From IMG/VR virus record IMGVR_UViG_3300029288_000091: 64,000 nt of DNA. The stretch is one strand, 5' to 3'. The stretch's first letter is position 1; each line of letters begins with the position of its first letter. A program made the position numbers and the translations under genes. Below the pieces are notes generated by a model that worked only from the letters and a program-made list of their open reading frames with translations, made no database searches and was not told the origin of the DNA. Below are positions 40,611 through 53,009 of this stretch, one piece after another. The stretch is from an uncultured virus (IMG/VR IMGVR_UViG_3300029288_000091). Lineage: Duplodnaviria > Heunggongvirae > Uroviricota > Caudoviricetes.

Positions 40611-40681
40611 CGGTTCCAGAGGGAGTTAAACCCTCGCCGTTCGGGCGACAACCGAATATTCTATCGCTAAACTATGGAACC
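40611..40681 (-). tRNA. tRNA-Asp(GTC)
   Basis: GGTTCCA/TGGAACC, loop TTGTCGC, G73; T loop TTTAACT. Confidence 0.8.
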
Positions 40682-40695
40682 AAATTATTAATATT

Positions 40696-40863
40696 TTATG
40701 GATGTCTTTTAATTCTATTTCTAATAGCATTGTCTGAGACACCAAGCTTCTTTGCTATTGCCACATATGATTCTGCCTTAACCATAACAATAAGCTTTTC
40801 TGTATCAGGCCAATCTATTTTTGTTTTTTGACGAAGAGACGCGCAATGTAAACAAATTTTCTT
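40696..40863 (-). pseudogene. C-terminal remnant of an HNH endonuclease paralogous to 32804-33502
   Basis: KIDWPDTEKL..SYVAIAKKLGVSDNAIR. Confidence 0.7.
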
Positions 40864-41184
40864 TCACCATCTAAAATAATGTTCCATCATTAAATATCGA
40901 CATTCGAAAGTTTTACTATTATTTCTTAAATAAATTCCTAATTCGTGGATATTGCCAAGCACTATGTTTTTAGAAACCCCTAAAATCCATTTTTTAAGAT
41001 CTGAGGTTTCCAATGCACTAACCAATTCCTCATCTTCTGCATATTGCCAAGCAGCTTTTTCATCTATCTTCTGAGATTCAGATTTTATCTCTTCTGGGGA
41101 AATGCTTGGAGTTGGACATGGAACGGGTATTTGAGTAGTACAACAAGCAGAAATAAAAAGTATTATTAGTAATAAATATTTCAT
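40864..41184 (-). CDS. putative lipoprotein
   Basis: MKYLLLIILFISAC signal with lipobox-like Cys. Confidence 0.55.
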   Translation of the reverse strand: MKYLLLIILFISACCTTQIPVPCPTPSISPEEIKSESQKIDEKAAWQYAEDEELVSALETSDLKKWILGVSKNIVLGNIHELGIYLRNNSKTFECRYLMMEHYFRW

Positions 41185-41402
41185 TTATCTCTCCCTAAAA
41201 ACTTTTCAACAGTATTAATAGCATCTTTAGTTGATTCTATTTTTTGCTCTGAAATTGTACAAACACTATCTACAAAACTTTTACCACTAAACATTAAACT
41301 AATAATTCTAAGAGTTTTGTTAATAGATCCAAAAACATCTAATAGAATTACAATTGGCATCGTACATAAAAGAACTATTGCAATAATTATTTTCTTAATC
41401 AT
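41181..41402 (-). CDS. small membrane protein
   Basis: Hydrophobic N-terminus. Confidence 0.5.
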   Translation of the reverse strand: MIKKIIIAIVLLCTMPIVILLDVFGSINKTLRIISLMFSGKSFVDSVCTISEQKIESTKDAINTVEKFLGRDK

Positions 41403-42237
41403 GTGCCTTCTCTATAACTTCTTTTAACATATAATATAAAATGTTGGGGCAATTATTACTAAGACCGCTCATTGTTCCACAGTTTAATTCTATTACAATC
41501 CATTCGCCTTCGGCGGTCTGTGCAACATCAATGGTATAGAAATTAGAATTATCTCCAACTCTTTCAATTATATCAAATATTAATTTTCCTGGAACCACGT
41601 CAGCGCATGGAACCAAACCAAATTTTTCAGCAATGTCCTCTGCAAAATTTGACCAATAAAATGCTCCGCATAATATCTGTTTGTATGCTATAAAAAATCT
41701 AAATTCTTTAGATATGGGCAACCCTCTAATTCCAACGGCGTAGTTATATAATGGAATAAATTTTCTAATATAAATATCTTGGCATCCAATTAAAGTATCA
41801 TCTTGGAGTTTACAATAAATTTCCATTACTTTGTTGCGATCTTCTGCAAACATATGGGTATCCCAAAGAAATTTCTTAGAGTTTGTTTTTCCTTTTAAAA
41901 CAAATGCGCCTTTTTCATTAATAGGAACATCATACGGGCGAAACCAAGTCTTCGGAGTAAGATCTTCTATATCCCAATAATAATTGTTCATATCAGCTAT
42001 ATATTCGTGTTGGCGATATGAATTTATAAGTTTCGCTCCAGCTTTATTAATATCTCTTTCTTGTTCTTCATAATATGGCAAACTCGAATATCTAGGTATA
42101 ACTAAATCCCCTTTTTGGATATCAACTCTACTATTTGTACAATAGAAATACCTTCTCATTGTTTCTAATTCTTGATCAAAACTTATATCACATGGGTCGC
42201 GGTATAAAATTACAGGTCTCATTTCTTGCTTTTCCAA
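41395..42237 (-). CDS. ATP-grasp protein (R2K / DUF4343-like)
   Basis: FVLKG..NS.K..W, EFRFF, YWS, IDVA......WIVIELN.G..SG. Confidence 0.8.
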   Translation of the reverse strand: MEKQEMRPVILYRDPCDISFDQELETMRRYFYCTNSRVDIQKGDLVIPRYSSLPYYEEQERDINKAGAKLINSYRQHEYIADMNNYYWDIEDLTPKTWFRPYDVPINEKGAFVLKGKTNSKKFLWDTHMFAEDRNKVMEIYCKLQDDTLIGCQDIYIRKFIPLYNYAVGIRGLPISKEFRFFIAYKQILCGAFYWSNFAEDIAEKFGLVPCADVVPGKLIFDIIERVGDNSNFYTIDVAQTAEGEWIVIELNCGTMSGLSNNCPNILYYMLKEVIEKAHD

Positions 42238-42527
42238 TATTCCTCATAATAATTAATAAGAGATTCAAGATTAATCGGCTCTTTACATAAGTAGCGATGA
42301 AAAGAAGTAATAATAATACCTGACAGATCATCTGGATGGAAAACTCTTAGACCAGTAAAAGTCCATAAATTGCATTTATTTATTAGAAATTTACTTAAAC
42401 AATGGTGATATATATATAGATTTTCTTCTGGAGTGTTTTTAATATCTTCAATTATTTCGGATTCTAAAATTTTAGAAAGCTCAGCAAAACATTCTTCTAA
42501 ATTATTCATTTTATTCTCTATAAACAC
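42219..42527 (-). CDS. hypothetical protein (DUF6794-like)
   Basis: HH.L...L.N...LW..HPDD.S..I..SFHRYL. Confidence 0.55.
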   Translation of the reverse strand: MFIENKMNNLEECFAELSKILESEIIEDIKNTPEENLYIYHHCLSKFLINKCNLWTFTGLRVFHPDDLSGIIITSFHRYLCKEPINLESLINYYEEYWKSKK

Positions 42528-43452
42528 ACCAACATACTATTCTAAATTAGAAGTATCTAAAGACTCCTAATTAATAAAAAAATATACCGCAATTAGGAAG
42601 AACCACATTAGATTATCAACTCTAATCCCATTAAATATAAGCATTAAAATAATCCACATCATATAGAATATAAAAATTAATAACTTTATATTCCTCATTT
42701 TAAGTCTAAGCTCTTTTACATAAAAAAAATAGAATAAGATATAGCATAACAAAATATTCATCTTACACAATTAATCAATCTTATAAATATATTCTTACTT
42801 CACTATTCATAAAACCATTATACAAGTAAAGTCTTATTTTATTTGTAAATTATTTTGTAATCTTATAAGAATTTACAAATTTAACATATTCTTCCATTTA
42901 ATTATATATTATATTATCACGAATACTTTCATCAAGACTAAACAAATATTCATACCAGGAAATTACTAAATATAAAACAAGCTCTTTATTTTTTTGTCAA
43001 ATATATTCTTCTCCTTTGTGCAAAAGAGAAATTAAAGATGGCTGTGTATTACTATCCTCTTTCAAAAAGATATCTTTTTTAGATAATAATTCAATAATTT
43101 ACACCAACTTCTGGATGCTCAAACTTACATAGCAACAAAGAAGAATTTATTCCTTATCCTTTCTATTTGTGGGGCTCACCCCCACATGGATAAGCAACCG
43201 TTAGTGCATCGACGTACAGGTTGTAAAAACCATTTAATATTTATCAATGACATATAAAAATCCTCCATTAGTTCAAGATTTCTTCTTGTCCTAACTTTCG
43301 ACTTCTAATCTTACTATTAATTAAATTAATTTCTATCCTTAGATTATAAATCTTTTCATTTTGTTCTTCTAATTTTTTAACAAGAATTTTCATTTTTTCA
43401 GTATTGCTTTTAAATTTTTCTATAAGCTCATCAAATTCATCTTTCATTTTAT

Positions 43453-43743
43453 CTACCCTATATTAATATGAAAACCATCATCTTTGATAATACTTATTAT
43501 TATAAATGAAACTGCTGAGGATATACACCCAAAGAAAAAAGATCCTAAATATAGATTAGGAAATAAAATAATACCACTAAACCAAAACCCCAAAAATACT
43601 AGTACACCTATATGAAATCCTATACACATTGGACATTGTAAAAAATGCCATCCCAGTTTTTTTCTAACTGGTTCAAAAATTTTGCCAAGAGACACTATTT
43701 GCGTCATACCGTAACATATAAAAATAAATATTATAAAATTCAC
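43453..43743 (-). CDS. membrane protein (DUF1360-like)
   Basis: IFEPVR..LQCPMCIGFH; hydrophobic. Confidence 0.65.
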   Translation of the reverse strand: MNFIIFIFICYGMTQIVSLGKIFEPVRKKLGWHFLQCPMCIGFHIGVLVFLGFWFSGIILFPNLYLGSFFFGCISSAVSFIIISIIKDDGFHINIG

Positions 43744-44555
43744 AGGAGGCGGCCCCCTTTTCTAAGATTTTCTTCTTTTTTAAGCCACTGATGATTCTCA
43801 GGAGCAAAAGCCTTTTTTATTTCGTCTGGATTATTAAAATTAAATAAATGTAATGGGGTAACATGATCAATATGAAAATCTTCGCATTTCCCTGGACATG
43901 GGCCGATATGTTTTAAAATAGCTTCAAAATATATTCCATATTCTTTAGATTTTTTAATCTTGCCATTTTTAGAAAATACCTTAAAAGCGCTTTTTAATCT
44001 TTTTCTAAGACGATCTATAACTACAAAGCGTTGATCATTCTCAATTCGCCACTTAGTGTAACAAGAATTACACATATTAAATACATTTTTCTTAGTATGA
44101 AATTCTTTGATTTTATTACACTTTTTACACAATTTTACTGGCCGAGAATATTGCTGTTGATAACATTCTTTACATATTATTTCATCATTATCTATTTTAG
44201 CAATTTGTTTATTTTTTACACACAAACTACATATCTTTTTATTGTTGTTTATATAACAAAATTTACAAATATATTCTCCACCTACTATCTTTTTAATAAT
44301 AGAGTTTCGGCCACATTTAGAACAGATCTTAGTTGGTCTAAAATGTTTTTCATAGCACTTAGAACATATTGGTCCATTTTCTGTATGTAATACTATTTTT
44401 GAAACATTTTTACACATATAGCATTCGTTCATTATATTTTTATAAAAATATTTTTTAAGACAAGTATTACAAATTGCTCCGTCTCCAGTTCGTTTATAGA
44501 CTGGTTTTATATTATTAAAAATAATACATAACTCTTCTGGTCTTTTATAATTCAT
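43740..44555 (-). CDS. CxxC-repeat protein with C-terminal HNH-like nuclease
   Basis: Multiple CxxC repeats; HIDHVTPL..NHQWL...ENLRKG. Confidence 0.75.
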   Translation of the reverse strand: MNYKRPEELCIIFNNIKPVYKRTGDGAICNTCLKKYFYKNIMNECYMCKNVSKIVLHTENGPICSKCYEKHFRPTKICSKCGRNSIIKKIVGGEYICKFCYINNNKKICSLCVKNKQIAKIDNDEIICKECYQQQYSRPVKLCKKCNKIKEFHTKKNVFNMCNSCYTKWRIENDQRFVVIDRLRKRLKSAFKVFSKNGKIKKSKEYGIYFEAILKHIGPCPGKCEDFHIDHVTPLHLFNFNNPDEIKKAFAPENHQWLKKEENLRKGGRLL

Positions 44556-44765
44556 TTATTTATATGTTCCTCGAAGAAAACTTTTTCAAATTTTTGAAAC
44601 TCAAACCAATATTTATCGCGATTCTTAAAAAGCTCTCTGCGATCTTCTTCGCTCAGTCTAAAAAGATATTCATCCCACTTCTTCGCAATGCTTAGCATCT
44701 GCGTTTCTTTCTCATCACCCATTATATTCACCTCAATATAAAATTATTAGTATGTCTATAAATAT

Positions 44766-44798
44766 AAAAAGTCCAGGTATCTTGCGATGACCTGGGCT
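44766..44798 (-). terminator. intrinsic terminator
   Basis: AGCCCAGGT..ACCTGGACT followed by a T run. Confidence 0.55.
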
Positions 44799-44820
44799 GA
44801 ATTTTAAATAAAGCTTTGTT

Positions 44821-45090
44821 TTAACAAGAGCTTCCGTCAAAATCCTCCCAGAGCAATTGAATTATGTGATACTGCCCATCAATAAATCCTTTTTTGCCTT
44901 GCCAACGTATGGGTCCAAATCTAATAAAAAGAAATACCGTTTCTTCTAATCCATATGAGCGATTACTCACAGCAATTCTATCAGAACGGTTGGCAATATA
45001 ATTAAGCAAGCCAAATTGGGAATGATTTTTATTACTGCTTATCCAATTTCTAAATTCATCTAGTGTAAGATCTTTTTTACATATCTTCAC
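44821..45090 (-). CDS. hypothetical protein
   Basis: ORF preceding a terminator. Confidence 0.5.
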   Translation of the reverse strand: MKICKKDLTLDEFRNWISSNKNHSQFGLLNYIANRSDRIAVSNRSYGLEETVFLFIRFGPIRWQGKKGFIDGQYHIIQLLWEDFDGSSC

Positions 45091-45639
45091 TCTCTATAAT
45101 AGTATTTATTTTATTATTGAATAATACAAACATTTTTCCACTAACATTATAAAATTTTGCAAGGTTTCTTGATACTCTTTAACAAGCTGCCATCGACTAT
45201 ATATGTTTTACCATTATCTGTTTTAATCTAATTTTTGGCAATTTTTGGACCGCCAATTATATCGAGCCATTTTTGTGATAGATTGGATATACCAGACATT
45301 TTACAAATAGAACATCAACAACCAGTTAAATGATTAATAGCTACTTGTTTGAAGTCTCTGTGTTTATGACATATAATTACCACTTGGCATAGTATCTCCC
45401 ACCAGTTGGGCTACGGAGACATAAGCTTTTCGTCTTAATCAGCGATCCATTCAGATCCTTCTTGGACCTCTTCATCAATTGGTTTCTAATTCTCTAAAAT
45501 TAGTGATTTAAATTGTTTTGTAATCACAATAATCTATCTCTACCCAATCATCACTTCTAATAATCTTAAATATCTTATTAAGAGCCTCAGCAATTATTTT
45601 ACCCAAACTCTCATCTGTATTTAGAAATTTTAGTTTCAT

Positions 45640-45858
45640 TTAATCATCATCCGTGTATGTTAGGTGTTCAAAATCTTCATCTTCTTCCTCATCTTCCATT
45701 TCATCAAAGAAATAATCTCTAAGTTCTTTTGTAAAATCATAATCTGAGGCTTCTCTATTAAGTTCTTTTACAAATTCAACCAACTCTTCATGCGAAAGAG
45801 AACTGAGCAGATCAGAAATAATCTCAGCTGTATCAATAATAGTCTTAGTATTTATCAT
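45640..45858 (-). CDS. acidic hypothetical protein
   Basis: ORF with AGGAG RBS. Confidence 0.6.
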   Translation of the reverse strand: MINTKTIIDTAEIISDLLSSLSHEELVEFVKELNREASDYDFTKELRDYFFDEMEDEEEDEDFEHLTYTDDD

Positions 45859-46279
45859 ATATAAAATCTCCTTATCATATCTTATATTAATATGTATTTT
45901 ATATAAAAGATTTTATAGATTTATTAATTTTTCTATTTTTTAAAATCTTATTAAGTTTTTATCCACAACACTTTTTCTTCAAAAATCTATTTTTATTCTT
46001 ATAAATTATAATTAATTCTTAATTTTTTATAAAATCTTCTGTACAATATAAAAAGCTTACTTTATTACTATATCTATTTATAATTTAGACATTTTGATTA
46101 TATCCTTTAAAAAAATGTAATAATTTTATAAGCACACTATTTTTAAGATAGCTTTTCAAATAATTTACTATTTTATTTGTAAAGCATTTAATTATAACAA
46201 ATAAAATAAAAAATGTAAAGATAGCATAATAAATGTTAAGCTACCTTTACATTTTAATAAATAATTTAATAATTAAATA

Positions 46280-47212
<933 letters not shown>

Positions 47213-47631
47213 TTCACCTCAAAAAAAAAAAAAAACCTCCTTAACCTCATCTCTGAGAAAGATCCAACTATCTTAATAAATTTCATAGTTCAAAATATTT
47301 TTAAGATTCTAAACTATAAAATTATTTTATAATAATATATAAATATTTTATCTTAATTACATTAAGAAGTAAAATCTCTCCCCATCTCATTTCAATATTT
47401 TTAGACTTTTATAACATAACAAGAAATAATTTTGTAAAAAACTTCATGTCCATTTTTCCTATATTATCTATATAATACAAAAAAAAGTACTTAAAAATAA
47501 TCGAAAAATATTTTATAAAAAAATTTAATAAGACATATTTATATTTTCCAAAAAAAATTCATACTATATTTTAAATATCTTCTATCTCTGCTGGAATTTT
47601 AAATTTACGCATTAAGTCTTCAACACATCTC

Positions 47632-47862
47632 TCACACAGAGAAAAAAATGAATGTCTTTCCATCATAATAAGAACCATATCCACAATTCATTTTTACTTC
47701 TTTAAGACCACAAAAATTATTATTCATTTCCATTTCTTTAAGACCACAAAAATTATACATTCCGTCTATATTCATATCTGGTTTCAGAGTATTTCCACAA
47801 AGATTACAAATAAGATCATCAATTTCTTCAACTTCACGATTAACTATTTTTGTAATTTTCAT
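47632..47862 (-). CDS. hypothetical protein with short internal duplication
   Basis: NFCGLKE occurs twice with a 36-bp period. Confidence 0.5.
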   Translation of the reverse strand: MKITKIVNREVEEIDDLICNLCGNTLKPDMNIDGMYNFCGLKEMEMNNNFCGLKEVKMNCGYGSYYDGKTFIFFSV

Positions 47863-48309
47863 ATATTTATCCTTTCATTTGGCCAAACAAATCTGTGGAG
47901 TTTCTTTCTATCGTTTAAACTTAAACTTCTAAGATCATCATATGTGCGCCTGGCGTCGTCAGCACTAATTAATCCTTCATCTAACATCCGTTTAAGCATT
48001 CTATCAGGAGCAAATGGCGAAGTATTAATTATTCTCATCTCGATCCTTTAATTCTTTCAATTCTTTTTCAAATTCTGTAATTTTTCTTGCTATTTCTAAT
48101 GCGTGTTTTAATTGAGCTTCTACGCAGCATAACTTACACCAACACTTACTCATACCATGTGTAAACGCCATTAATCCGCCGACAACCAAGTTTCTGTTGC
48201 CTGTCTTTTCCACAATTTTGGCACATTATATATTCTTCATACTTCTCTTTACAATCAAAACATTCCCATTTACCACAACCTAAATAAAACATACTTTTTC
48301 CCTTTCTTG

Positions 48310-48383
48310 TCGGGATGACTGGATTCAAACCAGCTACCCCTCGGTCCCAGGCCGAGTGCTCTATCCAACTGAGCTACATCCCG
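48310..48383 (-). tRNA. tRNA-Pro(TGG)
   Basis: CGGGATG/CATCCCG-A, loop CCTGGGA. Confidence 0.88.
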
Positions 48384-49108
48384 ATTTAGTTATTTATTAC
48401 ATTTGGGGCAAATATCGTATGTTTCTTTCAACCCAATGAGGTACACTATTTGTTCCAGCAAAAAAATTTAGTGTTTCCGCTCGTTGCTACTTCAATTAAT
48501 CTCTGTTTATAAAATTCGCTCTTTACTATTAGCAAACAAAACATATGTGGATTAAATCTATTATCTTTAAATAAATCATTACGTGTAATTGTTAAATGAT
48601 ATGGAGTAATGGTTGCCCAAACATTTTTAAGAACTATAACATAATTTATCATTGACGCATCAGAGACATGTTCTACGACTATCCTTAATTTTGAATATTT
48701 ATGAGTAATAAATCTATAAATTCGTATTCTCTTCTAAAAATATCACAGTCCACTGTTTCGGCATGGAATATCTTTTTTCTCCATATATTTTAAGACATTT
48801 ACTATACTGTCTATATTAGTTATTCCATTATGACTATTTACCGTAGCACCTGTTGGATATAATTTACATCCAACACATTCTATATTAGTCATAAACTCTA
48901 CATCTTCTATTTTGGTATTATCGGTCAAAAAGAGCGTTATTTTTGGGTATCAGTTTTGTCCCAGTTACTAATATTTCATTCCGATAAGAAATCATATCTT
49001 CTTTTGTGACTAATGGCACCATCGTGATAGAGATTCATGACTCTCTATTTGGAAAGCATCGAGTCCCGTTCGGAACTCGATGCTAACTAACACCCTCTCC
49101 GCGATAAA

Positions 49109-49178
49109 TATCCAGGAATAATCGCTAAGAGTTCTATTCGTATCAATGATGAAGTATCTCTTAACTGGGCCTTGGATA
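49109..49178 (-). ncRNA. third Y-RNA-like element (minimal)
   Basis: TATCCAAGG-CCCA-GTTAAGAG-ATACTTCA..CTCTTAGC-GATTATT-CCTGGATA; same fold as 40457-40531 with compensatory changes. Confidence 0.6.
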
Positions 49179-49281
49179 ATTTCTATTATTATATTAGATT
49201 TAATTAGTCGACAAAGCGCGCCAAAAATTTCGAATCTAAAAGGTCCAACGAACTTTTTTTCTCGATTCACATGCGCGCAAT

Positions 49282-50283
49282 CTAGATCTTATCAGGGCTA
49301 TAAGAAAACATAATTTTTACACCTTTACGAATGTTTTTCTTTAAATACTTCTTAAATTCTTTTTCATTTTTAAAGAAATTTACGTATTTGCCACATTCTC
49401 CTTTTCTATAAATTCCCCAAACCCCCACTTCGTTAAGAATATCCATTTTGTTAATAACCAAAATATTTACACCATTTATATCAATTGCCTTGTTTAATTG
49501 GTCTAAGTCCATGAAATCGCATTGTCGAACACGTCCCGTTGTTGCGCCATATTCTTTTCCTACTTCTTGTATTTTATTTAATATAGGAAAATCTGGTTGA
49601 AATTTCATGGCTCCAACATATGTAATATATGCTTTACATACTCCATAAATATTCCTTACAGATTTTGGAGGAATACCAGTTTGTGTTACTGCTCCTACAC
49701 CACAAGAAGAAGATGTTACATATGGATAATAAACTCCATGGTCAATATCAAGCCCAAAGCCTTGGCTATTTTCAAATAATATTCTATTATTCTTTTGGCT
49801 AAAAAGTTCTTCATATATATCAACTAAAAAAGGTTTTAATTCTGGAATGCTCTCTGCTCTTATTCCCGTTCTATTATATTTATCTCTATATGCTGGACCA
49901 TTGCCCTGTTTTGTTGTTCCTATTTTTATATCTTTACTATCTTCTTCTATATGAATATCAGTAACGATATGGGCATTGTAAGCAACTTTAATAAGTTCTC
50001 TACAATTATAACCTTTTTCTTCAAGATATTTAACTTCATTTAAAAATTTATCCACATTCATTACGCAACAGGGCCCAATAATAGATTTTATGCCATGTAA
50101 TACGCCTGCTGGTATTAAATGAGTTACAATTTTTTCTCCATTAATTATAATGGTATGGCCAGCATTAGATGAACCATTTGGTTTTACACAATAATCATAT
50201 TTATTTTTTTGTAGTAAAGAGGAACTAACACATCCTTTGCCACTATCACCAAAAACTAAATCTACAATAATATCAACTTTCAT
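49282..50283 (-). CDS. purA: adenylosuccinate synthetase (short form)
   Basis: FGDSGKG, NAGHT, IGTTKQGNGPAY, YPYVTSS, GATTGRVR, NKMD. Confidence 0.92.
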   Translation of the reverse strand: MKVDIIVDLVFGDSGKGCVSSSLLQKNKYDYCVKPNGSSNAGHTIIINGEKIVTHLIPAGVLHGIKSIIGPCCVMNVDKFLNEVKYLEEKGYNCRELIKVAYNAHIVTDIHIEEDSKDIKIGTTKQGNGPAYRDKYNRTGIRAESIPELKPFLVDIYEELFSQKNNRILFENSQGFGLDIDHGVYYPYVTSSSCGVGAVTQTGIPPKSVRNIYGVCKAYITYVGAMKFQPDFPILNKIQEVGKEYGATTGRVRQCDFMDLDQLNKAIDINGVNILVINKMDILNEVGVWGIYRKGECGKYVNFFKNEKEFKKYLKKNIRKGVKIMFSYSPDKI

Positions 50284-50339
50284 TTTATATTTCCAGTTCT
50301 GTTTTATCCAATAAAAATATATATTCAAATATGGTGTCA

Positions 50340-51262
50340 CTATTTTAACGAACTCTTGTGCTGCTTTCTTCTTTGCTTCTACTTCATCTTTATAGTTTTC
50401 ATACCAATATGAACTCTTAATTTCGATGAGTTTTGTTATATTATTGTGTAGAATTAAGAAGTCTGGATGATAAATTCTTTAAACACATATTTTATAGGCG
50501 GCCCATTTTCTATTTCTATATTATTATTTTACAAATTTCTCTTCAAGTTTTCCTTGAACCAAAATAATATTACCAAATTTTGTGATATATTTTCGTGCTG
50601 GACAAAATCCACCACCATTTAATATGGCTTTTTCACGGAACTTATCAATATCCATCGCTTGATCTGTTCCATATAATTCAACCATTGTCTCTTTTGCTTT
50701 GTTCCTATTAGTATAATATTCATCTCCGTATCTTTCTTTTTTTCGTTTCTCTTATTTTTGTTTTTATTTCATCGGCTTCACTAACATTTTCTACACCATA
50801 TTTTAATAAATTATTATCTTTCATTCGCTGTTTAATAATATTGGAGCCCATAGGAAACTCTACACCATAATTTTTAAGCAAAGTTTCTTTTTTCTTATTC
50901 TTAGTTTCTAGACTACTTGATGGGTTCTATACTCCATATTTCTCTAATAAAGTTTCTTTTGATTTTTGTTTAACACTATCAAGTTGGAAATTATTTATCA
51001 CTCCATATTTTTCAAATAATATATTATTACGATATTTATTACCACATTGACGACTACAACATTTGTTGTATCCAACATTAGAAGAAAGAAATTTGATTTC
51101 TTTTCCACAAATTAAACATTTACCTTCATTATTTTCTTTTTTTAAATATAAATCATAATATTGTTTTTTAGTTAATTTATGAATCTTAAATATATGGCAA
51201 TCATTAATATCAATTTCTTTATTACAAATTTTACATATAATTGTTTGCCTTTTATTTGTCAT
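50340..51262 (-). pseudogene. decayed KYGV-repeat endonuclease
   Basis: Zinc fingers, repeated ET(L)LEKYGV units with an in-frame TAG, C-terminal YHPDF..IEIKSSYW out of frame. Confidence 0.7.
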
Positions 51263-51517
51263 ACTTATTATATAAAAATATTAGCATTTTTCTATTTTAA
51301 TATTCATTATCACCCTCACCTAGTATAATGAAGATACGGAATATAATTAAAATAATTACTTTGTGATGTAGTAGTACTTGAATTAATAGTTATATAAATA
51401 TAATTACTATTAACAAAACTATTTGATACTATATTAATCAAATGATCTACATTGGTCTAATATAATTTGATTCATATTCTGGAAGACCAAAATCTTCTGC
51501 TGTAATTTCCGCGTCTT

Positions 51518-52840
51518 TCATATTACTCCCAAAACTTCGTAAATTTTATTTACATTTTTTAAATATATAGTACTGTTTGTTAAAGAGATAAGCTGATCTC
51601 TAAAATCTCTATTCATTTCAAAATCTGGGAAAGTCTTTTTAATGTTTTCAAATATTACCCAAGTAAAATCACTTATAGAATCTCTGCCGTCCATCATTTC
51701 TTGGGCTGCATTTTGAATAATTTTATAAGCCTCAGTTCTATCAAATTTATTTGATATTAGGAAACTCAGTATATTTTGGCTATATATAAGTCCATGAGTT
51801 CTATCAATATTTTTCTTAATTTGATCTTCAAAAACAGTAAGCGTTTCGATTAGACTTTTTGTTTTTATTATCATATAATGAGTAAGATGGAACATGTCTG
51901 GAAAAATTATTCTTTCATTTGAAGAATGAGATATATCTCTTTCATGCCATAGAGCAACATTTTCAAAAGCAGTAATCATATAGCTTCTAAGAAGTCTAGA
52001 TATGCCGCAGAGACGTTCAGATAATATAGGATTATGTTTATGCGGCATCGCTGATGAACCTGTTTGTCCTATTTTAAACTTTTCTTCAACTTCTCTAATT
52101 TCAGTTCTTTGTAAAGATCTAATCTCAGTTGCTATACGTTCAATCATTACTCCAACTAGAGCTAAACAAGATACTACTTCTGCGTGTCTATCTCTTGGAA
52201 TAATTTGAGTGGCAACGTCTTCTGATTCTAAATGTAATTTATTAAGAACTTTGTGTTCAAAATCCCAGTCATGTTGGCTATAATTACCAACTGCACCTGA
52301 GAGTTTTCCGAAACTCATATTCCCCCATTGAAACGCAAGCCTATCACTATTTCTAAGACTTTCAGCATACCAACTTAAAAACTTTAATCCAAATGATGTT
52401 GGCTCCGCATGAATACCATGTGTTCTTCCAATACATGGCAAATCTTTATATTTCAATGCTTTTTCTTTTAAAACTTCTCCAAGTTCACACATAGAATTTA
52501 TAATTATTTCTATGCTATCACGAATTGCTATAGAAGTAGCAGTATCAACAATATCACTACTAGTTAACCCTTTATGTAGAAACCGTGCAGCAGACCCCAT
52601 ATTTTCTCCATATGCTCGCACAAATGCTACAACATCATGGTCTGTTTCTTTTTCTAATTCATTTATTCTCTCTATAGTGGGTAATTCTGCTGTCACCATT
52701 TTTGTAAATTCTTCGTCTGGTATTTCTCCACAGTCATACATGACAGAGGCCACTATTGCTTCTATTTGTACCCATCTTTTTATTTTGGCCTCTTCATTCC
52801 AAATTACATTCATTTCTTCTGTTTTATATCTATCTATCAT
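51518..52840 (-). CDS. purB: adenylosuccinate lyase
   Basis: MIDRY, HDVVAFV, GLTSSD, GRTHGIHAEP, GSSAMPHKHNP. Confidence 0.96.
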   Translation of the reverse strand: MIDRYKTEEMNVIWNEEAKIKRWVQIEAIVASVMYDCGEIPDEEFTKMVTAELPTIERINELEKETDHDVVAFVRAYGENMGSAARFLHKGLTSSDIVDTATSIAIRDSIEIIINSMCELGEVLKEKALKYKDLPCIGRTHGIHAEPTSFGLKFLSWYAESLRNSDRLAFQWGNMSFGKLSGAVGNYSQHDWDFEHKVLNKLHLESEDVATQIIPRDRHAEVVSCLALVGVMIERIATEIRSLQRTEIREVEEKFKIGQTGSSAMPHKHNPILSERLCGISRLLRSYMITAFENVALWHERDISHSSNERIIFPDMFHLTHYMIIKTKSLIETLTVFEDQIKKNIDRTHGLIYSQNILSFLISNKFDRTEAYKIIQNAAQEMMDGRDSISDFTWVIFENIKKTFPDFEMNRDFRDQLISLTNSTIYLKNVNKIYEVLGVI

Positions 52841-52987
52841 GTTTTCTCGAAATAAAACTGACCCTACCATTTATCTAGTAAGCCAGCTTCTAAAATTAAT
52901 ATTTATTATTTTACCCTTTCTTTAGTAGTAAATTTTTTGTATCCTTTCCCACATGCCGACTAGACCAGTAAGAACAATAACAACAAA

Positions 52988-53009
52988 ACCAATACCAATA
53001 CCAATACCA
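52988..53009. repeat. short (ACCAAT)n tandem repeat
   Basis: accaataccaataccaatacca. Confidence 0.7.

Noticed and set aside
40526..40831. 101-aa plus-strand ORF
   Set aside because: Antisense to two tRNAs and an HNH remnant
45392..45420. tRNA-like ends GTCTCCGTAGCCCAACTGG..GGGAGAT on the minus strand
   Set aside because: Only about 30 nt with no anticodon or T arm; at most a deletion relic
49282..50283. PurZ (2-aminoadenine Z-genome pathway), prompted by a PurA homolog plus DUF5664
   Set aside because: The protein keeps the PurA catalytic Asp (GDSGKG rather than GSTGKG), the TTGR loop and a GTP-type NKxD motif
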